A DNA stretch of 64,000 bases from assembly GCA_965656495.1 (NCBI GenBank), contig CBFHKU010000001.1, positions 352,259 to 416,258 of the forward strand, read 5' to 3'. This document shows, piece after piece, positions 35,031 through 45,222 of this stretch. Below the pieces are notes generated by a model, which worked only from the letters and a program-made list of their open reading frames with translations, had not been told where the DNA came from and searched no databases. The translations under genes and the position numbers were made by a program. Source of the stretch: Coraliomargaritaceae bacterium (GTDB lineage: Bacteria > Verrucomicrobiota > Verrucomicrobiia > Opitutales > Coraliomargaritaceae). The first letter of the stretch is position 1. Every line of letters starts with the position of its first letter.

Positions 35031-36425
35031 ATGGAGTCAGGTGACCGTAACATCAAAGTAATGAGGCTTAATCTCATAATTCTGACCTTGATCATGCTTA
35101 GTGTGGCAGGGTGGCTCTGCTTGGCGAATAGTGGTTTGTTGGGTAATTTGGAGCAAAATGCTTTGCAGGCAGGTAAGCCTGAACCGACAGAAGCTGCTGC
35201 TTTAAGCCAAGCTGAAAAGGGTGCGTTGATTGAAGCGACCAATGCGGTCAAAAGTCTCGGTTTAGTGGGCACCTCGGTGCTGACTTTGCTTTTTTCTCTG
35301 CCGGTTTATGGACTATCGGTTTACAATCGTCGTGGCCGAGCACTGTTGGGTTTGGTCAGTGCGTTTTGCTTGCTGCTCTATGCAGTGATGGTGCCGCAAT
35401 TGGAACAAAAGATGGGTTTGGCACTGCCGCTCTTTGCGCCCATTGGCTCTGCGCTTACGGCCACCGCGGTAATTTTCCTTTTTCGTCTCAATCAAGAGGA
35501 GAAAAAACGCCGCCGCCTACAAAATATTTTCAGTTCCTATTTATCCCCTGAATTGGTGGATCGATTACTGGAGAGCGATCATAACCCGCAAAACGGGGGT
35601 ACCGAGGTCTGCATTTCAATGCTTTTTTCTGATGTCGAAAATTTCGCCGGAATTGCGCAGGAGTTGCCCCCCGATCAACTCGTTGAACTTATGGGGATTT
35701 ATCTCACTGCGATGTCAGAAGTTTTGCGGGCAAATCAGGCAACCTTGGATAAATTCGTGGGTGATGGAATCGTGGCGATGTTTGGCATGCCGGTCGTTTT
35801 ACCCAACCATGCCGCAATGGCATGCCAGGCGGCCCTGCGCATGCAGGAGCGCTGTGCCGCCCTGCGCCGCGAATGGCAGGCCTCAGGTGAATGGCCCGCC
35901 TCGGTTTCCTGTCTGCATAACCGTATTGGCGTGCATACCGGTCAGGCCGTTGTGGGTAACTTCGGGAGTGCTCAACGTTTTAATTACACGATGATTGGCG
36001 ACTCGGTGAACCTCGCATCCCGCTGTGAAGCCATCGCCAAGGAATACGGGGTTTACACCCTTGTGAGCGGTGAAACGCTTGAAGCGGCGTGCAAGGATCT
36101 GCCGGATCTGCGTTACCGCAAGATTGATGACGTGGTCTTCAGGGGCCGCTATACCTCCTTTGCGCTTTACGAATTATGGGATGGAAGCGTTGATGCGAAG
36201 GATTCCCTCGCTTGTAAGGCCGCTTATGAGCCGGCGCTGGATGCTTACCAAAAAGGAGATTTCCCTGCCGCCATCAAAGGCTTTGAGTTGGCGGAGTCAC
36301 GCGAGCCCCTGCGTTTAAGCACTGCCCATACACCGAGTTCGGTTCTGCTGGCTCGTTCCCGTAAATATTTGGAGGAGGGGGCACCTCCGGGATGGAATGG
36401 CGCGCACTATTGCGAACTCAAGTAA
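35031..36425 (+). CDS. membrane-bound class III adenylate cyclase
   Basis: FSDVENF, DKFVGDG, RIGVHTG..VVGNFG, YTMIGDSVNLASR; TM helices; C-terminal TPR-like tail ending W.G. Confidence 0.9.
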   Translation: MESGDRNIKVMRLNLIILTLIMLSVAGWLCLANSGLLGNLEQNALQAGKPEPTEAAALSQAEKGALIEATNAVKSLGLVGTSVLTLLFSLPVYGLSVYNRRGRALLGLVSAFCLLLYAVMVPQLEQKMGLALPLFAPIGSALTATAVIFLFRLNQEEKKRRRLQNIFSSYLSPELVDRLLESDHNPQNGGTEVCISMLFSDVENFAGIAQELPPDQLVELMGIYLTAMSEVLRANQATLDKFVGDGIVAMFGMPVVLPNHAAMACQAALRMQERCAALRREWQASGEWPASVSCLHNRIGVHTGQAVVGNFGSAQRFNYTMIGDSVNLASRCEAIAKEYGVYTLVSGETLEAACKDLPDLRYRKIDDVVFRGRYTSFALYELWDGSVDAKDSLACKAAYEPALDAYQKGDFPAAIKGFELAESREPLRLSTAHTPSSVLLARSRKYLEEGAPPGWNGAHYCELK

Positions 36426-36432
36426 ACTGCTT

Positions 36433-36750
36433 TTAGTAGCGGCGCATTTCCGGGTCCACCGAGACCGCCCAGGCATCAATGCCCCCGCGCAGATTCACGA
36501 CCCCCTCGTAGCCCCGCTCCGTCAAAAATTCCAATACCCTCATGCTTCGCATCCCATGATGACAAAAGACAACCACTTTGCCATCCTTCGGGATTTCGGA
36601 CATGCGTGCAGGAATCTCATTCATGGGAATATGGCACGCGCCTGCTATCGAGCAGATTGCCAGTTCATCCCATTCCCGGACATCCAGAAATACGGTGTCT
36701 GCCTTGCCCAATGATTTTGATGCATCTACTGCACTGATTTCCTTGTCCAT
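36433..36750 (-). CDS. rhodanese-like domain protein
   Basis: [22 protein letters not shown]...DP....Y. Confidence 0.9.
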   Translation of the reverse strand: MDKEISAVDASKSLGKADTVFLDVREWDELAICSIAGACHIPMNEIPARMSEIPKDGKVVVFCHHGMRSMRVLEFLTERGYEGVVNLRGGIDAWAVSVDPEMRRY

Positions 36751-36779
36751 TCGCTCACTTTTGTGAACATTATACCCGA

Positions 36780-37532
36780 ATGTCAAAGTTACCTTCCATA
36801 ATTTGCCCAGCTCGCGTGACCTCGCAACGTTTTCCCCGCAAGGTCTTTCATGAGGTGCGGGGCAAGCCCATTATCCTATGGACTGCCGAGCGGATTCGCT
36901 CCGAAGCACCCGAATTCCCGCTCTTTTTTGCCGTCGATGCCCCGGAACTGGCGGAGTGCCTGGCGAACGCCGGCTTTGAGGCAATCCTGACAGATCCCGC
37001 CCATCCCTCCGGGACCGACCGCCTCGCGGAGGCCAATGCCACGGTCGGAGCCGAGGCGGTTATCAATGTGCAGGGCGATGAACCCCTTGTTACCGGAGCA
37101 CAAATTCGAGCATTGGCCGCAAGTCTCGAAAATAGCGAAGCGGCGATGTCCACTCTGGCGACGCCGTTTACCAACCCTGCCGATTTTAATGACCCCAACC
37201 AGGTCAAAGTCGTTCGCGATCAGGCAGGCTTCGCACTTTATTTCTCCCGCGCCCCGATCCCCTATGACCGTGAAAGCGGCGGGAAGCCGGATGCCGCAGC
37301 CCTGCAGGCGCATGCATGCTACCGGCACCTCGGGCTTTACGCCTACCGCGCCGATTTCCTGCACGAATTTACCACGCTCAAGCCCGGGTTGTATGAAACA
37401 ACCGAAAAGCTCGAACAACTCCGCGCCCTTGAAAACGGCTACCGCATCCATGTCGCCCTCACCGATGAACCCAGTGTCGGAATCGACACGCCCGAGGATG
37501 TCGCCCGTTTTGAAGCTGCGCTGCCCGCTTGA
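36780..37532 (+). CDS. kdsB: 3-deoxy-manno-octulosonate cytidylyltransferase
   Basis: [42 protein letters not shown]. Confidence 0.95.
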   Translation: MSKLPSIICPARVTSQRFPRKVFHEVRGKPIILWTAERIRSEAPEFPLFFAVDAPELAECLANAGFEAILTDPAHPSGTDRLAEANATVGAEAVINVQGDEPLVTGAQIRALAASLENSEAAMSTLATPFTNPADFNDPNQVKVVRDQAGFALYFSRAPIPYDRESGGKPDAAALQAHACYRHLGLYAYRADFLHEFTTLKPGLYETTEKLEQLRALENGYRIHVALTDEPSVGIDTPEDVARFEAALPA

Positions 37533-37565
37533 CAAACTCCGTCCCTCCAAGCCCTATTGATATTA

Positions 37566-38795
37566 ATGGAATTTGCCGAACAGAAACAAAAATTGGAAAT
37601 CGATCCTGAAGCCTTGCCCGATGCACGCGGTCACTTCGGGAACTACGGCGGCATGTATGTTCCCGAAACGCTCATGACCCCGCTCTTCGATCTGACCGAA
37701 GCCTACCATGCCGCGCGTCAGGATCCGGGCTTTCAGGAGGAACTACAGCATCACCTGCGTGAATTTGCCGGACGCCCCACCAATCTCTACTTTGCGGAGC
37801 GACTCACTGAGCACTGTGGCGGCGCACAAATCTTTCTGAAGCGGGAAGACCTCCTGCATACCGGTGCACACAAAATCAATAATGCCCTCGGGCAGGCGCT
37901 CCTCGCCAAACGCATGGGGAAGACCCGCATCATTGCCGAAACAGGCGCCGGTCAGCATGGGATCGCAACCGCTGCGATGTGCGCAAAAATGGGATTTGAA
38001 TGCGTCATTTATATGGGCGAGGAGGACATGCGCCGCCAGGAACTGAATGTCTATCGCATGCGTCTTTGCGGTGCGGAGGTGCGCGGCGTTTCTGCCGGGC
38101 AAAAAACCCTCAAAGAAGCGGTCAACGAAGCGATGCGCGATTGGGTCACCAACGTGCGCCACACCCACTACATCATTGGTTCCGCCCTTGGTGCGCATCC
38201 CTTTCCCATGATGGTGCGCGACTTCCATCGTGTCATCGGTGAGGAAACCCGCCGCCAAATCCTTGAAAAGGCGGGGCGCTTGCCCGACGAAGTCGCCGCC
38301 TGCGTCGGCGGTGGTTCCAACGCGATTGGTATTTTCTTTGCCTTCCTGAACGATCCCGAAGTGCGCCTAACGGGCGTCGAAGCCGGGGGGCGCGAAATCA
38401 AGCAGGGGCATCACGCCGCCCGTTTTGCAGGGGGGCGTCTCGGAGTCCTCCAAGGCGCAAAAACCTGGATCCTACAGAACGACGAGGGTCAAATCGACCT
38501 CACCCACTCCGTCTCGGCGGGACTGGACTATGCGGCGGTTGGCCCCGAGCACGCTTATTACAAGGAAAAAGGGCGCATCGACTTCGGATACGCCACGGAC
38601 GAAGAGGCCTTGCAAGCCTTCCGCGACCTTTGCTCGGTTGAAGGCATCGTGCCGGCCCTCGAGACCGCGCACGGAATCGCCTACACCATGCAACGCGCCC
38701 GCGAGCTTGGACCGGATCAAATCATCATCGGTAACCTCAGTGGTCGCGGCGATAAAGACGTGCAGGAGGCCGCCCGTGTCCTTGGGGATCTTTAA
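37566..38795 (+). CDS. trpB: tryptophan synthase beta chain
   Basis: [46 protein letters not shown]. Confidence 0.97.
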   Translation: MEFAEQKQKLEIDPEALPDARGHFGNYGGMYVPETLMTPLFDLTEAYHAARQDPGFQEELQHHLREFAGRPTNLYFAERLTEHCGGAQIFLKREDLLHTGAHKINNALGQALLAKRMGKTRIIAETGAGQHGIATAAMCAKMGFECVIYMGEEDMRRQELNVYRMRLCGAEVRGVSAGQKTLKEAVNEAMRDWVTNVRHTHYIIGSALGAHPFPMMVRDFHRVIGEETRRQILEKAGRLPDEVAACVGGGSNAIGIFFAFLNDPEVRLTGVEAGGREIKQGHHAARFAGGRLGVLQGAKTWILQNDEGQIDLTHSVSAGLDYAAVGPEHAYYKEKGRIDFGYATDEEALQAFRDLCSVEGIVPALETAHGIAYTMQRARELGPDQIIIGNLSGRGDKDVQEAARVLGDL

Positions 38796-38807
38796 CACCG
38801 CTTTGCC

Positions 38808-39371
38808 ATGCTACTCGTCATCGACAATTACGACTCCTTCACTTACAATCTGGTGCAATACTTTGGTCAGTTGGGGGTCGAGCAACAGGTCTTTCGCAAT
38901 GATGCCATCACGGTAGCGGAGGCCCGCGCCCTCAAACCGGAACGCATTATGATTTCGCCCGGGCCCCGTTCGCCCAATGAAGCGGGCGTGAGCCTCGAGA
39001 TGATCGAAGCCTTCGCGGGAGAAATTCCACTGCTGGGAGTTTGCCTCGGGCATCAGAGCGTCGGGCAGCATTTCGGCGGTAAGGTCGTTCGCGCGGATCG
39101 CCTCATGCACGGTAAAACCAGCCGCGTTCAGCATCAGGACACCGACCTTTTTAAAGGCCTTCCCAATCCCATGGAAGCGACCCGCTATCATTCCCTTATC
39201 GTGGAGCGCGCCTCGCTGCCCGATTGCCTCATCGTGACTGCGGAAACCGACGCCGGAGAAATCATGGGTCTCGCGCACCGCGACCTGCCGGTTTGGGGCG
39301 TCCAGTTTCATCCTGAATCGATTGCTACCCAATCCGGTATGCAGCTTTTAGAGAATTTCCTGAAGCTGTAA
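38808..39371 (+). CDS. trpG: anthranilate/aminodeoxychorismate synthase component II (glutamine amidotransferase)
   Basis: [33 protein letters not shown]; trpG and pabA cannot be separated from sequence alone. Confidence 0.9.
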   Translation: MLLVIDNYDSFTYNLVQYFGQLGVEQQVFRNDAITVAEARALKPERIMISPGPRSPNEAGVSLEMIEAFAGEIPLLGVCLGHQSVGQHFGGKVVRADRLMHGKTSRVQHQDTDLFKGLPNPMEATRYHSLIVERASLPDCLIVTAETDAGEIMGLAHRDLPVWGVQFHPESIATQSGMQLLENFLKL

Positions 39372-39394
39372 GCGGACGGTCGTAGTGGTCGCAA

Positions 39395-39440
39395 TGACTA
39401 AATATAGGGCTTGCCCCCCTGCCTGCACTACATCTAGTGT
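39395..39440 (+). promoter_or_regulatory. tandem NrdR boxes overlapping a putative sigma70 promoter
   Basis: TGACTAAATATAGGGC (39395-39410) and GCACTACATCTAGTGT (39425-39440) fit acaCwAtATaTwGtgt; TTGCCC-N18-TAGTGT overlaps them. Confidence 0.7.
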
Positions 39441-39490
39441 TTTAGATCCCTGAACACAAATGGCTTTGAGTCCAGTTCAGGTTTAAAATT

Positions 39491-39943
39491 ATGCGCTGTC
39501 CAAAATGCACCTCCCTCGAAACAAAGGTTCTCGATACCCGCACCGGTAAAAACGAGACCTCTATTCGCCGCCGCCGCGAATGCCTCGACTGCGGCGCGCG
39601 CTTTTCAACTATTGAGGAAGTCCTGCGCGCCGACCTACAGATCGTCAAACGAGACGGACGCCGCGAGGATTTTGACCGTGGCAAGATGTTGAACGGCCTC
39701 AAGAAAGCGGTTGAAAAACGCCCGATTGATGCGATGCAGATTGAAATGCTGGTGGCGGATGTCCTCGCCGCCCTGGAACGTGAGCACGACCACGAGATCC
39801 CCGCGCGAGCGGTGGGTGAGGAAATCATGGAACGCCTCAAGCGCCTCGATAAAATCGCCTACGTCCGATACGCCTCGGTCTACAAGGATTTCCGCGACCT
39901 CGCCGAACTCGCCCGCGAAATCAACGCCCTCGAAGAAGGGTAA
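39491..39943 (+). CDS. nrdR: transcriptional repressor NrdR
   Basis: MRCPKC...RRRREC..C..RFST.E Zn ribbon, ATP cone, [12 protein letters not shown]. Confidence 0.97.
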   Translation: MRCPKCTSLETKVLDTRTGKNETSIRRRRECLDCGARFSTIEEVLRADLQIVKRDGRREDFDRGKMLNGLKKAVEKRPIDAMQIEMLVADVLAALEREHDHEIPARAVGEEIMERLKRLDKIAYVRYASVYKDFRDLAELAREINALEEG

Positions 39944-40007
39944 GCGCGCGGCGTAGAAAAGGTATTTTACCTTCCCACTTTTGTACTTTCGTACTTTTCT
40001 ACCAAAA

Positions 40008-40493
40008 ATGCCCCGCCGCGACCCAGTTGAGCAACTCCGCACCTTGAACGAGCTCCTTGCCAGCGCGGCGGCTTCTGACCCCGAGCGCGCCGAACATGCC
40101 CGCCGTGCCATCGATTTTTTCAGCAATGAACAGGAGCGCACCGAAGCAGGCAAGACCCCTCCAAGCGTCGGTCATTGCGCCCGTGAGCTTGCCCGCCTCC
40201 ATTTGGGTGACCCGCCGGAGAGCCTTATAGCCTTCAGTCATTGGCATATCGCGGAGGGACAGGCCTGCGACCCACTCTGGCTGCGTTCGGAAATTGTTGC
40301 CCGGATGCGCGAACTGGCCGGACGCCGGGCCGCGCTCCTCCTCGTGACCGGGCTGCGCGAAGCCCTCAGTCCCGACGGGACCTATTGGACCCGCGCCCGC
40401 CAATCCGAATACCAGCGCGTTTGTGATTCCATCGATGACCTCGCCTGCGCTTGGGCTTCACGCGGTTCAAACTTGCAGGTCGTCGTCATCTAG
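40008..40493 (+). CDS. hypothetical protein
   Basis: 161-aa ORF filling the gap between nrdR and the HIT gene, co-oriented. Confidence 0.7.
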   Translation: MPRRDPVEQLRTLNELLASAAASDPERAEHARRAIDFFSNEQERTEAGKTPPSVGHCARELARLHLGDPPESLIAFSHWHIAEGQACDPLWLRSEIVARMRELAGRRAALLLVTGLREALSPDGTYWTRARQSEYQRVCDSIDDLACAWASRGSNLQVVVI

Positions 40494-40508
40494 ATTTCAT
40501 ATCAAACC

Positions 40509-40853
40509 ATGAGCGAAGCCACCCTTTTTGAGAAAATCATCGCCCGCGAAATCCCCGCAAAAATTGAACACGAGGACGCGCACTGCATTGTCATTCACGA
40601 CATCGACCCGCAGGCGCCGGTGCATTGCCTCATTATTCCAAAAAAACCGATCCCGCGCATCGCAGAAGCGGAAAACGGCGATCAATCCACCCTCGGGTAC
40701 CTCCTTTTGACCGCGGCGCAGGTCGCCAAAAAACTCGAACTCGCCGAGGGCTTTCGCATCGTCATCAATAACGGTACAGATGGAGGCGAGACCGTCCCGC
40801 ACTTGCATGTGCACCTCTTGGGGGGTCGCCCCCTGCAGTGGCCTCCGGGTTAA
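40509..40853 (+). CDS. histidine triad nucleotide-binding protein (HinT-like)
   Basis: TLFEKII.REIP, DI.PQAPVH.LIIPK, HLHVHLLGGR...WPPG. Confidence 0.95.
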   Translation: MSEATLFEKIIAREIPAKIEHEDAHCIVIHDIDPQAPVHCLIIPKKPIPRIAEAENGDQSTLGYLLLTAAQVAKKLELAEGFRIVINNGTDGGETVPHLHVHLLGGRPLQWPPG

Positions 40854-42277
40854 AGCAAGTAGCGATTCGCAATTGAAATGCCACTGAGCATGGCACCGGT
40901 GATGCCAAGGAAGCCCTGATCGGTTCCCGCCAGATAGAGGTTTTCCAAGTGCGTGCTGCCATCCTTTTGCTTGTGGGTCGCACCGTAGATCGCGCCATTC
41001 AAGTGACCCGTAAATTTGCGGACGGTGCGGGGCGTGAACATATCCTTCGCGAGGATGCGGTCGCCGAAATGGGTTCCCCCGGGCAGGGCGGGCAACTGCG
41101 CCAGCGCGACCTGCATGAGCTCCGCATACCAATATTCCTTGCGGGCGGTGTAGGCGGCTTCCTCAAGCGAGCACCAGTCGTCGTGATTCGCCATCGCAGT
41201 GACCCGCAGAAAACCCTCCTCCAGTTGCCGCTCCGCTCCGTAATCGTAATTATTCGGCAGGCAAATTACCCCGCTGGTGGGATCCACCTCCTCGCCGGAT
41301 GGAACCCCGGCATAGCGGAAACGCTCACGGGTGTTGAAAAAGATAATGGTGTCTTCCCAGCCCAATTCTTGCGGTTGCCCCTCAAAGGCCGTGATCGTTT
41401 CGGTAAACGAGAGTTGCCCGATGTTCCCCGCCTGCGCATCCTCCGGTTGATCGTCGCAAAGACGCGCGGTCTCAACCGAACCGGCAGTGGAGAGGATCGT
41501 GTCGGCGGTCAAAGTGCTGCCGTCATCGAGCGTCAGGGCGGTGGCGCGTCCACTCTCGGCATGAATGCTTTTTACCCCGCACTTCATTTTACGGAGCCCC
41601 CCGAGGCTGCGGAATTTATCCTGCAGTAAACGGATCACCACCCGCACCCCATCAAAGGGACGCGCAAAGCCTTCAAAAAACAGAGAACGAAACATGATCG
41701 CGAATTGCCCGAAATCCATGTCGTGCGCCTCCGCGCTCCCGTAATACATCACCGGGCAAAAGAGCATATCCTCCAGAAGGGGATCGTTGATGTGTCGCTG
41801 GACCGCCTCGCGGGCGGAACTCCGACCGCCCTCCAGTTGGAAGGGATCCATCTCGCGGATTTCCCCGGCGAGGGCGCGAAATCCGTCGATCTGCTTCGGG
41901 AAATTTGCCGCGACCTCAGATTCCAGGAGAGAAAAATCATTCGAGAATTTCAGTCTGCAACCCGGGAAGGCGATGCGGGAACCGAATTGCGGACAGAGGT
42001 CGAGGGCATCGTAGGGAATCCGCAATTGCCGGAGGAGCTTGGTAAGGGGCGTGCCTTTGGTTCCCTTGGGGACATAATTGGTCATGGCGTGGAGCCCGAC
42101 GTCGTACTTGCGGCCTTCGATGCTGTAAAAGGAATTGAGCCCGCCCGAGGCGTTGTGGCGTTCTAGGATGAGGACTTCGCGCCCCGCGAGGGCGAGGCGA
42201 ATGCCTGCCGCCATTCCCGCCATGCCCGCGCCAATAATAATGGTTTCGTAGTGCGTCTGAAGTCCTTTACTGGGCAT
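40850..42277 (-). CDS. phytoene desaturase-like FAD-dependent oxidoreductase
   Basis: IIGAGMAG, LE.H...GG, YDVGLH, FTP.T..FTGH.NGAIYG, GITGAMLSG. Confidence 0.85.
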   Translation of the reverse strand: MPSKGLQTHYETIIIGAGMAGMAAGIRLALAGREVLILERHNASGGLNSFYSIEGRKYDVGLHAMTNYVPKGTKGTPLTKLLRQLRIPYDALDLCPQFGSRIAFPGCRLKFSNDFSLLESEVAANFPKQIDGFRALAGEIREMDPFQLEGGRSSAREAVQRHINDPLLEDMLFCPVMYYGSAEAHDMDFGQFAIMFRSLFFEGFARPFDGVRVVIRLLQDKFRSLGGLRKMKCGVKSIHAESGRATALTLDDGSTLTADTILSTAGSVETARLCDDQPEDAQAGNIGQLSFTETITAFEGQPQELGWEDTIIFFNTRERFRYAGVPSGEEVDPTSGVICLPNNYDYGAERQLEEGFLRVTAMANHDDWCSLEEAAYTARKEYWYAELMQVALAQLPALPGGTHFGDRILAKDMFTPRTVRKFTGHLNGAIYGATHKQKDGSTHLENLYLAGTDQGFLGITGAMLSGISIANRYLL

Positions 42278-42358
42278 TTTTTCTAATTTGAGAATCTCTT
42301 CTCAAATGGCAAGTTTACCATAAAACTCGGTGGTTGTTAGAAAACAGAGTTTTACATG

Positions 42359-42428
42359 AAACGCAGAGAAGCAGTGAAACGGAGTGATGCTGGAGGCGGT
42401 CACTCCGTTTCACTGCTTCTCTGCGTTT
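42359..42428. repeat. perfect 29-bp inverted repeat (hairpin with 12-nt loop)
   Basis: AAACGCAGAGAAGCAGTGAAACGGAGTGA - TGCTGGAGGCGG - TCACTCCGTTTCACTGCTTCTCTGCGTTT. Confidence 0.95.
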
Positions 42429-42448
42429 ACAATTAAAGTTGTAGCCCC

Positions 42449-42700
42449 TTACTTGGCGTTGAACTTCGGGGTCAGGTAATCCGCGCAGCTTTGGAGCGAC
42501 GCCAATTCCGGGTAGTCCGCTTCCGGCACTTCAATGCCGTGCTGCTTGCGCAATTCCATTACGATATCGAGAAAGTCCATGGAATCCAGGTCCATTTGTT
42601 CGCGCAGCGCGATCTCATCCTTGAGGCCACTGGTGTCCTCGTCGGGTGCGATTTCGTTGATAATATCAATGACGATTTGTTTTACCTGATCTTCGGTCAT
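42449..42700 (-). CDS. acyl carrier protein
   Basis: LDSMDFLDIV motif; acidic, 83 aa. Confidence 0.9.
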   Translation of the reverse strand: MTEDQVKQIVIDIINEIAPDEDTSGLKDEIALREQMDLDSMDFLDIVMELRKQHGIEVPEADYPELASLQSCADYLTPKFNAK

Positions 42701-42738
42701 GCTCTTGGAATGAGGGTTTTTGGGTTTGGGTGCAAGGC

Positions 42739-43974
42739 TCAGGATTCAAATTTTTTCACAATGAGGGCAGAGTTGATCCCAAGCATACCAAATGAATTGT
42801 TAAAGATTACCTTCACCGCGTCAACCTTGCGCGGCTCATTTACCACGAGGTTGGGCAGGGCGCACTCGGGGTCAAGTTCATCGACATTGATGGTCGGGTG
42901 AATGATGTTGTCCTGAAAAGAGGGGAGGTTGCCCGCCAATTCCAAGGCTCCGGCGGCACCCATCGCATGGCCGATGTAACTCTTGGTGTTGTTGACATGG
43001 GTGCCGGGGCTTTCACCAAAGACCTCCGCCACCGCTTTAATTTCCTGAATATCGCCCTGTGGCGTTGAAGTGGCGTGGGTGTTCACGATATCGACATCGG
43101 AAGGTTCCATTCCCGCAGAGGCGAGGGCCTGACGCATACACTCCGCTTGCCGCTCCGGGTTGGGGAGGACGTAGTCGCTGGCGTCGGAATTGATGCGGTA
43201 GCCCGCGATTTCTCCAAGAATGGTCGCACCGCGCGCCTGAGCATCCTTGAGGCGCTCCAGACAATAAATCGCGCCCCCCTCGGAAACAACGATTCCGTTC
43301 CGGCTCTTGTCGAAGGGTCGGCTCGCTTTATTGGGGTCAGTATGTTCCGCGAGGGCGCCCTGACTCTTGAAACCTGCGAAGATGCCAAAGGTTTGAATGC
43401 TTTCGCTGACGCCACCCGCCAGCGCGAAGTCCACTTCCCCCAAGCGCAGCATTTGCACCGCTTGGATCAGACCGGCATTACCGGCGGCACAGGCTGCGCC
43501 AATGGTGTAATGCGGTCCGGTGATGCCGGTATTGATGGTTATTTCTCCCGCAGGATTGTTCGCCACGGTGCGGGGGTTGTGGTGATGCGTCCAGTAGCGC
43601 ACATCATAGTCAAACTGAGAAATATTATAAACCTCGTTCTCGGTCTCAACATTACCGTGTTCGGTGGTGCCGACATAAACTCCGATGCGGGATTTATCGA
43701 AGCCCTCAAAATCGAGACCGCTGCTTTTTATGGCTTCGTGCGCGCAATAGATTGCGATGCTACCCGCGCGTGTCCCGACCCGCAATTCCTTTCGCGATTG
43801 GTATTGCTTCGGGTCAAAATTACAGACCCCCGCCGGCACTTGGCCCATGTAACGCATTTCGATGGATTCCACACGACCGACGCCCGCGAGCAGGTTGGCG
43901 CGGAATTCCTCCAGGGTGTTGCCGTTGGGGGCGGTCAGGCCAAGGCCTGTGATTACAATGCGGTCGAGTTCCAT
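42739..43974 (-). CDS. beta-ketoacyl-ACP synthase (FabF/FabB family)
   Basis: RIVITGLG, AACAAG (Cys), RPFDK.RNG.V.SEG, NTHATST and GHAMGAAG (His, His), NSFG..G.N. Confidence 0.92.
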   Translation of the reverse strand: MELDRIVITGLGLTAPNGNTLEEFRANLLAGVGRVESIEMRYMGQVPAGVCNFDPKQYQSRKELRVGTRAGSIAIYCAHEAIKSSGLDFEGFDKSRIGVYVGTTEHGNVETENEVYNISQFDYDVRYWTHHHNPRTVANNPAGEITINTGITGPHYTIGAACAAGNAGLIQAVQMLRLGEVDFALAGGVSESIQTFGIFAGFKSQGALAEHTDPNKASRPFDKSRNGIVVSEGGAIYCLERLKDAQARGATILGEIAGYRINSDASDYVLPNPERQAECMRQALASAGMEPSDVDIVNTHATSTPQGDIQEIKAVAEVFGESPGTHVNNTKSYIGHAMGAAGALELAGNLPSFQDNIIHPTINVDELDPECALPNLVVNEPRKVDAVKVIFNNSFGMLGINSALIVKKFES

Positions 43975-44039
43975 TACTAAAGAAAAGCCTATAGCATTTG
44001 CAGGAGCGATTCTGTCAATCCAGTAACGCAGGCTGCGGT

Positions 44040-45140
44040 TCAGTGCGCGGTCTTGTGCAGGGGCGGTTGGGCAATCTGCAGTGCGGCGCGGTGACCCCGC
44101 AAATCAATGTTTAAACCGTCTGCCGCAGCAGTGCGGGCAATGAGCGCGCTTCCAATCGGGGCGTTCAAAATGGGAGAGAGCGTGCCGGAGCAGACCGTGC
44201 CGACCGTTTCGCCTGTAGCGTTGAGGACTGCGGTGCCCGCCCGTGCGATGCGGCGACCCTCCAATTTGAAATAAACCATCTGCCGCGCACTATTACCGTC
44301 CTTTTGCGCTTCAAGAGCGGCCTTGCCGATGAAATCGTCCTTCCCGAATTTCACAGTCCAGTCGAGACCCGCCTCCAGCGGGTTAATTGCATCGCTCAAC
44401 TCATGCCCGTAAAGCGGCAGACCCGCCTCGAGGCGCAGACTGTCCCGCGAACCGAGTCCGCACAGTTGCAGGCCGTGTGCTTGGCCCGCCTCAAAGAGCG
44501 CTTCTGCCACCGCTTCCGCTCCAGCGACCGGGATGTAGATTTCAAAGCCGTCTTCCCCGGTATACCCGGTGCGAGCAATGCGGATTTCGTGCCCGAGAAA
44601 CGTTTCGGTTGTATGCCGGAAGCGTCCCAGCGTTGCCGCTGCTTGGATCCCGGCCTCCGCCATGAGGTCGGCCGTTTTCGGTCCTTGCACGGCGAGCAGG
44701 GCATACTGCGCGGATTGATTCTCAATCATAACCGCCATCCCGCTCGCCGCCACCTGTTCTTCGATCCATTTTAAATCCTTGGCGCAATTCGAGGCATTCA
44801 CGCACAGGAGAAATACATCCTCCGCGCAGCGATAGACGATGAGGTCATCCACGACCCCGCCGTCAGCGCGGCACATCGGTGAATAGACCGCCTGGCCAAT
44901 CGCGGCAGTGGCGATGCGGTTCACCAGCAGGTGATCGAGGAAGGCGGCAGCCTGCGCACCCTCCACCCAAAATTCGCCCATGTGGCTAACGTCAAAAAGC
45001 CCCACTGCTTCGCGCACCGCGCGGTGTTCATCAAGAATGCCACGGTATTGAACCGGCATATTCCAGCCGCCAAAGTCCACAAAGCGGGCGCCGTGGGCAT
45101 CATGGAACGCGTGTAAGGGGAGGGTGTTGAGTTCGGGCAT
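44040..45140 (-). CDS. gcvT: glycine cleavage system aminomethyltransferase T
   Basis: FGGWNMPVQY, GLFDVSHMGE, ARTGYTGEDGFE, GLGSRDSLRLEAG.PLYG. Confidence 0.96.
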   Translation of the reverse strand: MPELNTLPLHAFHDAHGARFVDFGGWNMPVQYRGILDEHRAVREAVGLFDVSHMGEFWVEGAQAAAFLDHLLVNRIATAAIGQAVYSPMCRADGGVVDDLIVYRCAEDVFLLCVNASNCAKDLKWIEEQVAASGMAVMIENQSAQYALLAVQGPKTADLMAEAGIQAAATLGRFRHTTETFLGHEIRIARTGYTGEDGFEIYIPVAGAEAVAEALFEAGQAHGLQLCGLGSRDSLRLEAGLPLYGHELSDAINPLEAGLDWTVKFGKDDFIGKAALEAQKDGNSARQMVYFKLEGRRIARAGTAVLNATGETVGTVCSGTLSPILNAPIGSALIARTAAADGLNIDLRGHRAALQIAQPPLHKTAH

Positions 45141-45222
45141 GGCGAGTTTTTGAGGTTGGAGCTTGCGGTTCTATCAATCCGCTTTTCTCTAAACTACTTA
45201 CAAGAGTCACTTTCTTATCAAA

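Noticed and set aside
40850..42277. Carotenoid biosynthesis gene crtI
   Set aside because: No crtB/crtE neighbours and linkage to KS/ACP; only a family-level call is supported.
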